Part shown: piece by piece, positions 13,742 to 27,527 of the stretch
Position numbering within the stretch: position 1 is the first letter of the stretch
Layout: each line of letters begins with the position of its first letter
Source of the DNA: Octopus sinensis
Taxonomy: Eukaryota
Reading direction: 5' to 3'
Length of the DNA stretch: 64,000 nt
Assembly (NCBI RefSeq): GCF_006345805.1
Contig: NC_043008.1
Span: 24,676,001-24,740,000 of the forward strand
Made by a program: the position numbers and the translations under genes
The notes under the pieces: generated by a model
Told to the model about the DNA's origin: nothing
What the model saw: the letters and a program-made list of their open reading frames with translations, nothing else
Databases searched by the model: none

Positions 13742-14635
13742 CCTTCAAACAGTTTCATCAAACATCAAACACGTTCATCAAAAACTGGTTCAAACCGGTC
13801 CAAACATTTCATGAAACATATTCCTCAAAATATCTTCATAAAACATTTTCATCAAGCATCATCAAACATTTTCGTCACACATTTCATTAAATATTATCAT
13901 CAAACATGTTCATGAAACATTTCCACCAAACATCATTTTCAAGCATTTCCATCAAACATCTCATCGAACATCAAACTCTAACTCAAACCCGTCCAACCCG
14001 GATAAGACTGATCCAAACGAATTCAAACTAGTCAAAACTAGATCAGACTGGTCCAAACCGGTTCAAGCTAGTCCAAACCACTTCAAACGGGCCCAAATTC
14101 GATCAGACCAGCCCACAAATATCTTCATAAAAATTTCATCGTCAAATATTTCCATTAAACAACAAATATTTTCATCAAACATTCATCGAATATTTTCATC
14201 AAACAACTTCATCAAACACCAAACCGGTACAGACCAGTGCAGACCGGATGAGACCGTTTCTAACCAGTTAAAATCCTATGAAACCATTCCAAACCGTTCT
14301 AATCCAGTTCAAACTGGTCCATAGCAGTTCAGACTGCTGCAAACCGTATCAAACTAGTCCAAACCGTATCAAACCGGTCCAAACTGAATCAAACCGGTCC
14401 AAACTGGATCAGATTGGTGCAGACCAGTCGAAACCGGTTCAGACCGGTCGCATCCATTAAACATTTCATCAAATATCTTCAAACATCTTCATCAAACATC
14501 ATCATGTCTTCATCAAACATCATCGCAACTTCAAACATCAAACCTTAACCCTAACCAGTCCAATCCGGTCCAGAAAGTCAAAACTGGATCAGACCCGTCC
14601 AAACCAGGTCAGATCAATCCAGACTGGCTTAGAAC
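13742..14635. repeat. degenerate ~10-bp-period satellite with two alternating unit types
   Basis: Blocks of CATCAAACAT-like units alternate with AAACCGGTCC/CAGACTGGTC-like units; AACCTTAACCCTAACC occurs near 14541. Confidence 0.85.
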
Positions 14636-15899
14636 TGTGGTCTACTCTTCCATGGGTGGCTGCGCTAGCGGATTGTGGCCTGAGTGCTCCTTGGATTTCT
14701 TGACAGGTACAAACTTGGTCGGTTTACTCTGTTCCACAAAGAAACACTGTGAATACACATAATGGTTATTACATCAATCGACAGTGCCATAAGTTAGCCG
14801 GGCACCGTAAAACCCTTGGCCAGGAAGATGCGGAAGTGTCTTGATGGTCAGCCATGGCATGCTTTTCAGTCATGCCAGGACGAAGGGTTATTTTCCCCCG
14901 GGGGGGAATTCATGGTCCTGTCCTAGTCGTACGCTAGTTTATCAACAAAATACTGAACATGGAATCCGCGGCTGTACCATCAGCGTTCCACCGTCGCTAG
15001 CTGTCGGCGTTCGTCTAACTCCGACGCTATCTAATATCTATCATTATTCCCCTCTTTCTTCGCAAGTCCTCTTTCTTCCTATCTGCTACTCCTCAGCCTT
15101 TTTTACTCCACTCCGTCTCTCATTCTTCACTTTTTGGTACCAAAAGACTTTCCAACTTTTTATCACCCATCCTTTTTCAGTGCCTAGGTAAGACATTTTA
15201 TTTTTCATTTTCTGCCTAACATTCATTTCAGACTACCAGTTTGTGTTTTATTCTTTTCTTTCGTTCTATCGTTTTTTCTTTCAATGTCATCTTTCTATCC
15301 TCCACCTGAAACTTCTCATCGTACCTCTGGAAACCAATCACCACTATTTTCTTTCTTTATTGTTAGTTTCTGTCATGTAGTGTCCCACATTTTGAAATAC
15401 ATGTAATTTGTATTTCTACTGCTTATGTTTACTTCGCTTGATATATTTCCGAAATTAAGCATTTTAAGTATATAAACTATTTTCCAAATTATTAAACATA
15501 CTGTACGCCATTCGTTTAATTCATATAAAAAATATGCAAATGTATATCATGCTGTTTTTTTTAGTTTTTCTTTCGAAGTTGTTAAATGAAATAGATTTTC
15601 AGGTTTCTGCCTGATAACAACGTCGAACTAGTAAACTATGGTTTCTCTTAATTATTTTTGACTGATTTACAGTCAAAAATAATTAAGTGAAACCATAGTT
15701 TGCTAATCTGAAATTTTTGATCTGCTTGCACCTTTTGACTTTTTTCCATTATAATCAGCTCTGTGTACTAATGTCAAGTCTATCAGAACAAAAGTGAGGA
15801 AAATTTCAGATTTCTTCGGTACTGCATCACGTCAAGAGAATACAGGACCATTGCAGATTGCAAGGATACAATTCAGTGAAAAAGATTTATGATAAAGCA

Positions 15900-17970
15900 C
15901 TTCTAATATGTCAAGAGGTGTCATCAAAATTTTGCTCGTTACAAAAATCTGTGCCTGAAAGTGATTCAATTTTCCCAAGGATACAAAGAAACTCTCATAC
16001 TGCCAATCTGGTTGAAGAGATCCTTATGACTTCATTATAATATTCAGCATGATGTTATATGTTATTTTGCCGAAGGAGTTCGGCATAAGAAAATTACAAC
16101 GCCTAAGGACACTGGCTTCTTAATTTGACTCTGAATAAGTAGTCTAGCAAGCATTAAAAATTATTTTCAAAGCGGTAAGAATCTGTGGTAGGCAAGGCCT
16201 AGCATTACAAGTGCATGAACATGACACAGGAAAATTTGTATAAAAGATCTTGCAGAAGTATGTCAGTGGTTTAAACATCAAGATAATTTCCTATCTGATA
16301 CCATACAGAATGAGATCCTACATATGCTCATAACATCCTACACGAGACCAGAAAGAAAATTGAAGATTCTATGTTTATTGGTATTAAATGTGATGGCTCC
16401 ACTGATTGCTCTTGTAAGGAACAAGAATCATGTTTCTGAGGACCTGGATAATTACAAAGATTTTCTCGATTGTTTTAATCCTCCTAATTGCTCTTCGGAG
16501 ACACTAATGTTATTTTGGAAGTTTTTTGCTGCTTAAACAATTCGCTTGGCTCAAAATTATGCTGCATTTCATTTGATGGTGCTAGTACCTTGAGTGGAAA
16601 CATTTCAGGCATGTTCCTTGTACATATTTTGTTGTCCTCCAAGAAGTTGGCTCTACAGTTGCCATTGTAGCTGATGCGCTGAATTTTGTTCACCAATGCA
16701 CCATCCTTTTGAAAAAGTTACCAAAAAGAAAAGCGCAATGAGAAGATCATGTTGCAAGCCGTGTATCCAACTCGTTGGTGCATTAGAGCAACAGCACTGA
16801 AACAGGCGGAAAGCAGCTATAAGAAGATTAAGGGTTTCTTGCTGGAGGTTCTGAATGATACAGCGCTATGAACAACAACAAAGGCTACTCTCAAATGACC
16901 GCTGAAAGAATCTAGCAAAGCTTCCACTGTGGTTGCTATCAAGGAACGTATCTGGAATATGTGAATCTGTGACACGTAACTTACAGCGTCCAGGCACAAC
17001 GGCCGGTGACTGCTTGCAGCTGATCGAGAAGTTGAAGGACTCTCTTTCAAAAATAAGAAGTAAGAAAGTGTTTGAAAACTATTTCGGCGAGATATCCTCT
17101 GCTGACTTTGTGAAACTGCCTAACACCTTTTCGTTACAAGAATACATCACTGCGCTTCACATATAAAGAAGAAAAAAAACTACTGAAGAGGGTGCTCTCT
17201 TTGTCATCTATGACTGACGTCGGCAATTTTTCAGCATCGCTGCTGTGATCGAAAATGAATTGAATCACCGCTTCCAGCAAGAGGAAATGTGCATATGCTC
17301 TGAGCGGGAGGATTTGCAGTTATTGGCAGTCAGCTGTGGGACGTTTGAGTTTGTAAATGCATACCTGCCGTTTTAATTTTACTTGCCTTCATTACCATCA
17401 CAGACCAAACTCCTAACTGGCCTGTGGACGGAAAAAGATACTTTGCCCAATGGACTGCATGACTTTTTTTTAAAATGCAGAGCTTCTGATGCTGTTATTC
17501 GTTCAAGCAAGTTCTAATGCTAATGCAGCTTATTCTGTCTCGTACATATGGAAAAGTGCTTCAAATTATTCTGAAAAATATTCTACTCTCGTTTTGGCAA
17601 AGAAACTTTCCATGAGGATGTACAAAGCATTTTCGTTGCACAAGTTTTTATGCACAAGCATCACGGCACTGCATCATTGTGGCACGGAGCCAGGTCTTCA
17701 AACGGTGAAGTGCGCTGAAGTTCTCTCGTGTGCAGCTTATTTTTTCTTTGCATCAATCAAGAGAACGTTCAGCGCACTTCGTTGTGTGAAGAATTGGCTC
17801 TGTACCACAATGACGCAGCACCGCATAACACACTGTGCCATAATGCATGAGCAAAACGACTTGTGCAAGAAAAACGGAAAGATTCATTGAAAATCGGTAA
17901 GTTTCCTGGAAAGTTTCATTGCTAAAAGAATCTAGCATAGAAAATATTTTGTAAAAATTTGAAGCACTTT
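15900..17970 (+). mobile_element. hAT transposase pseudogene (Tip100/ZMYM1-like)
   Basis: Fragments FLSDTIQNEIL, DGSTDCSCKEQ, CISFDGASTLSGNISG, PTRW and the hATC dimerisation motif KRTFSALRCVKNWLCTTMTQHR. Confidence 0.88.
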
Positions 17971-17984
17971 TATATATGAACGAG

Positions 17985-18620
17985 AGTGGGCTCAAACGTT
18001 CACTGGCTAATAATTAAGACGTGAAGCGAGAGCAGTGGAATCTTGCTTGCAGTAATTTCAAGACTTCTTATCAATAACTCCGTTATTTCTTTCCGGGTAA
18101 ATTGATATCTGATTATTCACAGAACTTCAGATATAACTGTTAGCAACTTCTTTTGAAAATCGACAAAATTTGACATCGTGCTGTAATCAAATACGTGCGG
18201 AAAAAGGGTTTAACTCGCAAGGACATTCATGCTGACTTCGTAGATACGTTAAGGGATGACGCCCCAGCATTCCAACAGTGTAAACGTGGCAGCTGAATTT
18301 ATCAGGGGAAAAGAGAGTCTTGAGAAGATCCATTTTCTGGGTTTCTGCAGCTGTTACAACCGAGGAAAACATTAATCGTGTTCACCTCATAGTTGTGGAT
18401 CACGGCCCATTGACTATAAAGCAAATATTCAATGTTATTGCCATATTCCATGCGAGAGTAGAGGATATTCTGCACAATGAACTTAGAATGACGAAGGGTT
18501 CTGCTTGCTTCCTTGAACGTTTCCTAACTAAAGGTGTTAGCTTCATCGCTTTGAACCAACTAGCAACAAGGAGACAATCCAAGCAGTGGAAACACTCCTC
18601 TTCACCTGCTCCAAGGTAGG
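17985..18620 (+). mobile_element. mariner transposase N-terminal fragment
   Basis: HRAVIKYVRKKGLTRKDIHADFVDTL.DDAP, AAEF.RG.ESL, TTEENINRVH...LTIKQI...ILHNELRM and RQSKQWKHSSSP. Confidence 0.85.
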
Positions 18621-19912
18621 GAAATTCGTTTCTTAATATAATAATAATTATTATTGTACCTGTTTTCGTATCAATATTAACTTTAAAAACATCTACATGT
18701 TTCGTAAAACATTTTGGACCTGGATTTGCAACCACCAAGCAAATTTTGTTCCCGGACCACTGTCTGTAATTGGGTTGTTTTATACTATATAAAATCATAC
18801 ACTTGGAACGTACCAGTGGTTGCTTTTGATTCCACGATAACATTGCATGCAATTATACAGTATTAAACATGGTTGATATTAGTTCTCATATAATTTAAAA
18901 AAGGAATAATCACTACGAAGTAACATGATAAACAATTACACTCACGAATAAATAAATTATATTTATACGTTTTTGAAACGTTAAATTATCCCATATGCAT
19001 ACAATAGTTTATTGATGCGTGTGTGCCTGAGTGTGCCTGTGTATGCGCACGCCTGTACGTGGTACGCAAGTGCGTGCGCGCACGCCAGTGTGTGTGCGTA
19101 TGTGTATTTATTTATGTAGGTATGTATGAGGCAGGTATGTGGGTATTTATGTAGTGTGAATATTTTCATAAATATAGTTACTCTTGAAATTCTAATGCCA
19201 ATATATTCATTCCTGTGCGATGTATACCAATATCAAGATAACGAAAATTAGTTGCTGTTAATCCGGTATAAATATAATTCAATGTCGTAGCTCGAGGTAT
19301 GAAAAGAGAGGCATTTTGCCTGGTTAAATTCCACTTAACCGAATATTGAAAGTTTTACTGGTCACCAAACAAGACGTTAAACTTAAACTAATGTAGAGTG
19401 TTCAAGATTTGTTTCAAGCATGCGATATCTGTTCGATGAATATGACTTATAGATATAATATGAATATTGAACAGACGGAATTTTTCAAGTGCAAGATTTT
19501 GTAGTACATGGTCATTAGACAAACTATTGGTGACATTAAGCAGATACAACCGATCAATCACAGTACCAACATCTCATCTTTTCATGTTGTATATTTTTGG
19601 CAATTTTCGCTTTTTTCGTCGTATTTTCTTCTATTTGTGTGGATACATATACATGTATCTTTTGAGAACTAGATCTAGAAGAACGTACAAAGTTATAAAG
19701 AACAGCAGGTTAATGTTGTGTTGAAAACCCTTTTAGAAAATGTCGAGGGCCGTGGATGCGTCTGAAATAGAGGGAATGGTAATTACGTATAGATGTGAGC
19801 ATGTTTGTATGCATAGTATTGTATTATACATTCAGACATATATTAAAGCCACGCATCCATTTCCAAGTATATTTGTATATCTATCTATCTCCCCCCTCTC
19901 CTTCTCTTTCTA

Positions 19913-19982
<70 letters not shown>

Positions 19983-20004
19983 AGTCATACGATATAGTGT
20001 ACAT

Positions 20005-20590
20005 TTAAACACATAAGGAATCCACTCGTCGGTTTCAACACGCTAGAAAGAAAAGCTAGGTTCTATAACCGAAGGGTTACGTCTGTGCAGTAGATTTTGA
20101 AAAAATTAGAATGTATAAACGGGAGGCATATAGTTTGATCACCTCGTGTTTATATATTTACCCCAAGGTGTACCTGTTGATGACGATTTTACCTCGTGAG
20201 TAAATGTTATTTGCTTGCTAAACTAAAATCGGAAACCAATTGGTCCAGGAAACTTAGTGGTAAAATATTTCTATTTTTCCTTTCGTTCCTGTTGAATTGT
20301 ATCCCTAATTTTTGTGGTTATAGAATCTAGCTGTTCTTTCTAGCGTGTTGACCCCCACGAGTGGATTCCTTATGTGTTTAATTGACCGCGTGTGTACCGT
20401 TGGCGATTTTTTCCCTCCGTCTTCTCTTCATTGGAGCTTTCCTTTTCCTATGTTTCTGACGAAGAGATCTGCTCGAAACGTTAAATCCTCCTTCTTTCCT
20501 TCCTTTTCTGAGCATCCAATAACACTATACTTGTTCCACGTCCTCGCGTTGTTGTGTTTTCTCTTGGTGGTTTCATGTTTGGATTAAATT
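20005..20590 (+). mobile_element. non-autonomous PLE-type (pLTR-like) element with ~65-bp inverted repeat and HHR
   Basis: 20005-20070 is the imperfect reverse complement of about 20315-20380; an HHR lies at 20452-20486; no ORF. Confidence 0.6.
20452..20486 (+). ncRNA. minimal type I hammerhead ribozyme
   Basis: GTTT-CTGACGA-A-GAG atctg CTC-GAA-AC/GT-T-AAAT. The core is intact with one extra A, stem III lies in the palindrome AACGTT, and the triplet is GUU. Confidence 0.75.
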
Positions 20591-22779
20591 TATGATTAAT
20601 ACATAGTCTTTTTAGACTAAATTTTTACACGTTAGACCACTGGAAGTGAAAATTTTAATTAATTTTCCATTTCCCCTTGATATGTTTAAGTATTATAAGC
20701 CTTTGGATAATTTTCGGTTTTAAAAGTTGGCATTTTTTTATTGCCGGCGAAGGACTGCGTCTACACAGTAAAGTTTGAAAAAATTAGAATGTATAAACGG
20801 GTATGTCTGTTTATATGTATGTATATGGATTGATAAATCGATATTTTGATGTAATGTTTCTTACTGCTGCTATTTTCAGACTTTTTTTTACTGATTTCTT
20901 TATATTTTCATAATTTTACTTCGCTACAAGGTTTCTTTTCTATAATGCATCTTATTATCCTTTTACATCTTTACGATCTTAAACATGAACATAAATATTA
21001 TTACGGCCATTCATATAGATACTTCGTTAACATAAATATTTACATCAGTATTTCAAAAAGCGAATAAACCAATAAATAAATAAAGCCTTCAATATATTGC
21101 CAACTGTCGTCAATGATTCAGAACAACCGCTTATAATCATACGTCTTATTACTGGGCGCAATTATTTTAATTTAAATGAAAACAAAATAATAGCATAATT
21201 TGTTAAAGGCCGTGGAAAATTCAGATAAGATATGTAAACGCCTAAATCCATATTTCATATTTGATTTGTTAAATGTTCATTCCTTGCATGCATATTCCTC
21301 TAAAATTGTGTTTGTATGATATCTTCATTTAATAACTTTTAGTGACAGTTTGTCTCAAATTCGCTTTGAAATGAAATCAAAATTGGTATCTAACATAAAT
21401 TCACATAAAGTCTCCATTGTATAATGTTATCGTTCTGCAACAGTATATGTATATTATTGCAGCGTAAAAGGTTCCATACATGTATCTTGAACCTTATTAG
21501 AAACTGAAGTCCAAATAGCGCCAGAAAAGTTGCTATATAGAATTAAGGGACGTAACCTTCATTATTTTCTTGGTGATGCATGATTCACACACACAAAGGA
21601 AGATAGCTTTAATAAATATTCCCAAAATTGCACACTGAAGCGGTCCAGTGCTGGTTAAACCAAGATAGTGACACGTTTTCGAATCTATTATCGTCAAATC
21701 GTGTGTTTAATAATAGGTAACGGTAGGCTCAATTGGTTTCTAGACTTGCAAAAATGAAATTATTTATGTTTTTCTTCATCTAATTTAATAATAAAACCAA
21801 GAACAAAAGACTGTCAAAGTGACTGTAATTTCTAGGATTTTCAATTATTACATTCCATGGCGTTTGGGTATTTGGTGCAGCGGGTTTGTAGCAGAGAAGT
21901 GAAACTTCAATAATATTTTCATTTATGTATAGTCCATACTGTTTCATTGTGTGGTGTCTAAAGAATGTTGTATATTTCTTCCTGCAAATGATGTATCTTA
22001 TTTACCACAATTGCTAAGATTCCTGTTAACAATACATGTTTAGTTGTTCAAAAGAGCTCTACTTGCTTGTCATTGATTTCTGGAAATGTTTACATTCTGT
22101 TATTTATTATTAGTTAAAACGTAATTGAGAGTATTTCAGAAACTGTAACATTAAAATGGAAATTTCTTTCAATTAAAATTATTTAGATTTAGTTTCATTT
22201 TCAGACGCTTTTGAAAGAATTTACGAATACAATAACTTGACTTTCCTCTGAAAATCCACCGCTTTATGTATTTTCCATTAGCGTATAAGATGTTTATAAT
22301 GACATATTGCTATTTTTTCTTTGATAAAGTCTTAGAATTTGATAAAGTCTTAGAAAGTAGATAACATTAAGACATTAACAATGTTATTTCTAGGATAACG
22401 ATTACCTAAGCAAATTTAGAAACATATCAATAGATGTATCAACTGATTTCAACTTGAAAATATTTACCAGAATTAAACTAAGTTATTTAAGCTTTTAGAA
22501 ATAAGGTTAAACATATTTATTGGTGTGAGCTACATTACACAATTTCGTAAGGAAGACTACTAAATATCGCTAAAGTTCTCTGCCACTCACTAATAAACTA
22601 ATCAAATAATAAAAATGAATACTATCATCAAAAGAATATCAATACTAAACTCAAAACGTTTAATTGTACAAATGTATTACTGTAATGATGGACTAAGAAC
22701 AGAATAAATATAAACGAGAGGTACAATGTCGACAATAGCGAAAATTACAAAACAGCGCGACCAAGAAATGAAAATCATA

Positions 22780-23720
22780 ATAGTGAATTCAGTATAATCC
22801 GAAATGGAAGTAATAGGTTAATGTAGATGTCTTAATCTGTGTACCAAATAACTAAGTGGCACATAAACCGAAAAAGAAACATATCTCCTAGATCATAGTT
22901 GCATCGCGTAGTTGATGTAAGGAAACATTAAATGTCTGTTCGATATTTCAGACAATAGTGCTACCTTTCCTCTGACAGAAAGTAAGAAATAACTATTTAA
23001 GTGATCATGAATGTGCTATGGTCATTGTGCCACGTGGCAGAAAGACATCATAATGACAGAAAGGGGAGAGGGGATTGTGAAGTGAGAAATAGCTGTAGGG
23101 TACGTGAGATGTTGGTAAACTAGCATGCAGTGGATGAACTACACAACAGTAAGTTACACATTTGACGGATACTTCAAAAGTAAGAAAAAGGTCTTAGGGT
23201 AAACAATTTGAGAAAGCGTAAGGTCATATTAAAGGTGTCGGAGGATTTAGGAGGTATCCACCAGAGCAGCAAATTTACAATTTACGGGATTGTCTCTGCG
23301 AGGAAAGGGACGACGGTTGGTATGACGAAGCCACAAAACTTAAAACTGGACACATTATCGACATCCCGCGTAGAGAAGCTGGTAGTATAAACTGCTGTCT
23401 TGAATCAGCGTTGTATGAATTGGCAAAGTACACACCATGACTAGGACTCAAATCCGAGGTCATAAACGTAGAAGCGGAAGAGGCGGATGAGTTTGTTTGG
23501 TCAATAGTAACAGGAAAGTGAAGACATGGTAAAAATGGTTGATCTGAATTGTAGAGCAGAGTAGAAGGTATTATAATTTGATAAAGAAGTAGTTGAGCTA
23601 TTTGTAGGTGAGAGGTGAAATAACGATCAAAATGGTATATATTTTTGAAGCTGGTCCGGTGAACTGGAGGAAACTCGAGACCTATATTTAATAGGACATT
23701 ATGTTCCATTTGAAATTAAT
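22780..23720 (-). mobile_element. heavily decayed PLE RT thumb/GIY-YIG fragment
   Basis: Frameshifted remnants resemble YL.YSS.HP, LRLRR.CS, RGYP, V.YC..C and LGT..P motifs. Confidence 0.6.
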
Positions 23721-24123
23721 CTCCTTCACCTTTGTTTCTATTCAGCTTATTTCTGTACCTCTCTGAAACACTATGTAAGTGACTGTATAGCTCTCTGCAA
23801 ATATTTGTTTATGCCTTCCTTTATATCGTCAGCATGTGTGTATGTATTTTGTGGATAAATGGCTGGATTATGACAGTATTATACATTGTGATTTTTGTCT
23901 CTTAATAAATTATTCGGTTCAGTACCGTTTAGTTCCGGAATACTATATTTAAACGAATGGTCATTGTGCGTATTGTGGTGGTGGTGGGGGGCTATTCATT
24001 TTCTTTTGTACTTGAATAAAAACACACCATTGTATTGATAATAAAATCCTTGATATTTCAGCATTATACACAGACACACACATAAAAATATATAGATATA
24101 CATAGCCGTCATATGTATGCATG

Positions 24124-24157
<34 letters not shown>

Positions 24158-24984
24158 TACATACATACATACATACATACATACATACATACATACATAC
24201 ATACATACATACATACATACATACATACTCATATACATACGTGTATATATGTGTGTCTGTGTTTTCTATGTGTAAATTTTATTTTGTATGTGTATAAAAA
24301 CTTTTTCATTTCTGTGTATGTACTATTCTAACGTTCTTCAACTTAATTTTCTGCTGAACTCTCTGCTTTGATATTGAAAATATTAGACGTGTAGAGTGTG
24401 AGTAGTTTTCATTAATTTTTTTCAATTCGATATATTTTTAGTTGCATTAAAATATTAATATTTATTTTTGTTTCAAATGAATTTTATAAAAACATTTTTT
24501 GTGCTCTTATTGGTGATTTCTACCAACTACTTGTGATTTTTTTATTCTGTCAGAAAAATCTCTCAGTTTATAAATTTTGTAAAATATTTTTTTCACCTTT
24601 TTAGTAATTCTATGTGCATCGTAGGATACAATATATTACTAGTTATATCAGTCTTATACTATCAAACAGCTACTTCTCTGTCATAGACATACTCGGGTAT
24701 ATACACTTACACACTCACACAAACATATATGCATATATATATATAAATAAATATATAGACATACATACATATATAAGTTTACATAAATGTATTATATATA
24801 TATGTATGTGTTTACATATATATGCATTCTATGTATGTGTATATATATACATATACATACAGAGAGAGAGAAAGAGGAGGGAGAAAGAGAGACGGAGAGA
24901 GAGAAAGAGAGAGAGTTTGTAAAGAGGGAGAAAGAGAGAGAGAATGAATGGATGAATGAGAATAACGATTAGCTCCAAGTAAAT

Positions 24985-26570
24985 CGGTAAGCACCCCTTG
25001 CGACTCGCGCAAGCTACAGATCAAGTACGCATTAATAACTGACATTGCATTAATAAATTGTTCCCTAGGCTAGAGATTGGTCTCCATAGGGATGACACTT
25101 TGTTTAGATTCTATAATGTGATAACAATGAGTTAGGACGTAATTGTCAGAAAATTACTCAATTTTTCAAAAGCATAGGGCGCTTTCTTCTGGTGTATAGA
25201 AAGAGTACACTGGAAAATTACAGCGTGGACGTTACATTAGATGTCAGTACTGGACCTTATCATCCGTATTGCAAACCTAATGGCAACCGTAAATATGTCA
25301 ATAGACGTTCTAACGATCCTCGAGCATTACGTTTTCATGAAAGATCTCTTTTTTAGACTGTGTAGACTCTGAACTAACAAGGAAATTTTCCAACATAACA
25401 ACGCAAATACACTGAAGTACAGTAGAGTACATACATCGGGGATTTGAATTAAACTTATCATGGTAATAGAGTTAATCAGGCAGAGGGATGTGAAAATAGG
25501 ATAGATAAGAAGTATTTTAGTAAGGGAAAAAAAGAAGTATATAGCTCACATGACTTTGATTTCATGTGAATTTATTCACTTCTTCGGCAGACTGGGCTAA
25601 TTGGCTATAGAATTTGCAGTAATATGTGTAGGAGGAAGTGACCTGGCTCTGGAGCTGAGTTTTATATAATATTATCGACGAAAATATACAAACTTTTAGT
25701 AATATACATATCAATTATAATCTAAAATATTCTAGCGAAACTAGAACACGTAGTAGAAAGATTTCTGGTATAATGTCCGGTTCTAGGGCAACTGATAAGG
25801 AGGCAACTGATAACAGGCCAACCCATTTCCGGACAATTCATTTCAAACACCTCATACCTGGATAATGGATGTCTAGGACAACTCATAACAGGTATAATGT
25901 CATAAATATTTAATTTTGAAAGAAATTTTGCGTGTGTAGTGGTTGTATGTGCGGGGTGGGGTGCGGGCGTGTGCGTGGTGCGTGTGGTGGGTGATGTGTG
26001 TGTGATGTGTGTGTAGATATGTGGTGCGTGTGGTGTATATTTGTGTGTGGTTTTGTTGTGTATGTGTGCGTTTCTGTGTGTGGTATGTTTTTGCGCGTGT
26101 ATGTGGTGTGTGTGTATGTGTCTGTCCATGTGTGTGGTGTGTCTGTATGTGTGTGTATTTGGTGTGTCTATATGTGTGTGCGCGTGTGTGGTATGTGTAT
26201 GTGTGTGCGGTTATTTAATCTACATTTTTCTTTCAAAATTAAATCTTTATCGCTTTATACCTGGTATGAGTTGTCCTATATATCAGTTGTCCCAGATTTC
26301 AATTGCCCAGGTATGAGTTGTCTGACTCATAAAATCAAAGAAATAAGAATACTAGTGTAACCGTGCCTGATAGTGAGTTGTCCTAGAATGATTTGTCCTG
26401 GTATCAGTTGCTCTGGCTCGATAATATTCTACTCGGTGTTCATGTACCCAAAAACATCCCAGATAAATTCTTTATGATCTTGGACAAATATTTGCCCTTT
26501 CAAGCAGGTATACATTCAGTAGACCTACTGTAAAAGTTGCATACTCTACGACACTTAACTTGGCGGATAC
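24985..26570 (+). mobile_element. Naiad-type PLE RT fragment interrupted by a foldback insertion
   Basis: LFPRLEIGLHRDD and VDVTLDVSTGPYHPYCKPN...YVNRRSN at 25050-25330; FMILDKYLP and RPTVKVAYST at 26440-26570. Confidence 0.7.
25730..26430. mobile_element. foldback/MITE-like element with GGACAACTCATACC subrepeats and central (TG)n
   Basis: A ~50-bp inverted repeat pairs about 25876-25925 with about 26227-26277; GACAACTCATA/GCAACTGATA motifs recur in both orientations. Confidence 0.6.
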
Positions 26571-27112
26571 TAGAGCTGCTGAGTACATATGGATGTGTGT
26601 ATTAATACAAAAGACCTTCCACTGGAAAGTTCAACAGTAGATGCACGATAACGTTAGATATTGTACGAGGCAAATAACGTTAAATACTGTATCTCTCAGG
26701 TAGTATCCCTCCGAATAATGGCGGTGGCTCTCAGTGCAATATATCCTTTGGGAAAGCGTTGGAAGTAAACAAATGTAACTACGACTGAATAAATGTAATA
26801 AACTTTTGATTAATTTCTCTTTCATACTGTAAAACATACTGAGCATTTCAAATATATCTTAAATAATTAGCTTACACGAGTACAAATATATAATTCAATA
26901 ATTTGGATACTCTCCTAATGATTATATTTCTTCATCTTGAACCCATACATAATTAAATCCTCTCTCAATTCACCTGGATTTTGATCATAGTTTACTGAAT
27001 TTCGATCTATCCACTGAATCAGTGGTTCCCGACCAGGGGTCTGGGGACCACTGGTGGTTTGCAAAGAGAGGACTGGCGGTCCGTGAACTAAATTCAAAAT
27101 TTCTTATATATA

Positions 27113-27265
27113 CAGGATTGGCTGTAAGGTAAGTAGCTTGCTTACTAACCACATGTTTCCGGATTAAGTCCCATGGCACCTTGGGCAAGTGTCTTCTACT
27201 ATAGCCTCGGGCCTAATAAAGCTTTGTGAGTGGATTTTGTAGATGGAAACTGAAAGAAGCCGTCG

Positions 27266-27307
<42 letters not shown>

Positions 27308-27526
27308 CGGGGGGATGTGTTTGTCTGTGTTTGTACCTCCACCATCGCTTGACAACCGATGTTGGTATGTGTATGTCACTGTAACTTACTGGTTTGGAAA
27401 AAGAGACCAATAGAATAAGTACTAGGCTTACAAAAAATAAATCCTGGGGTCGATTTGTTTGACTAAAGGTGGTGCTTCAGCATGGTCGCAGTCTGAAACA
27501 AATAAAAAAATTAAAGAAATAAGAAT
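27113..27526 (+). mobile_element. tRNA-derived SINE, family A
   Basis: Same sequence as 30910-31351, 38071-38470 and 38636-39074 (GGCACCTTGGGCAAGTGTCTTCTACTATAGCC...GGGGTCGATTTG), with an internal microsatellite and an A-rich tail. Confidence 0.88.
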
Positions 27527-27527
27527 A

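Noticed and set aside
14541-14556. Interstitial telomere
   Set aside because: Only two to three imperfect units, embedded in a satellite.
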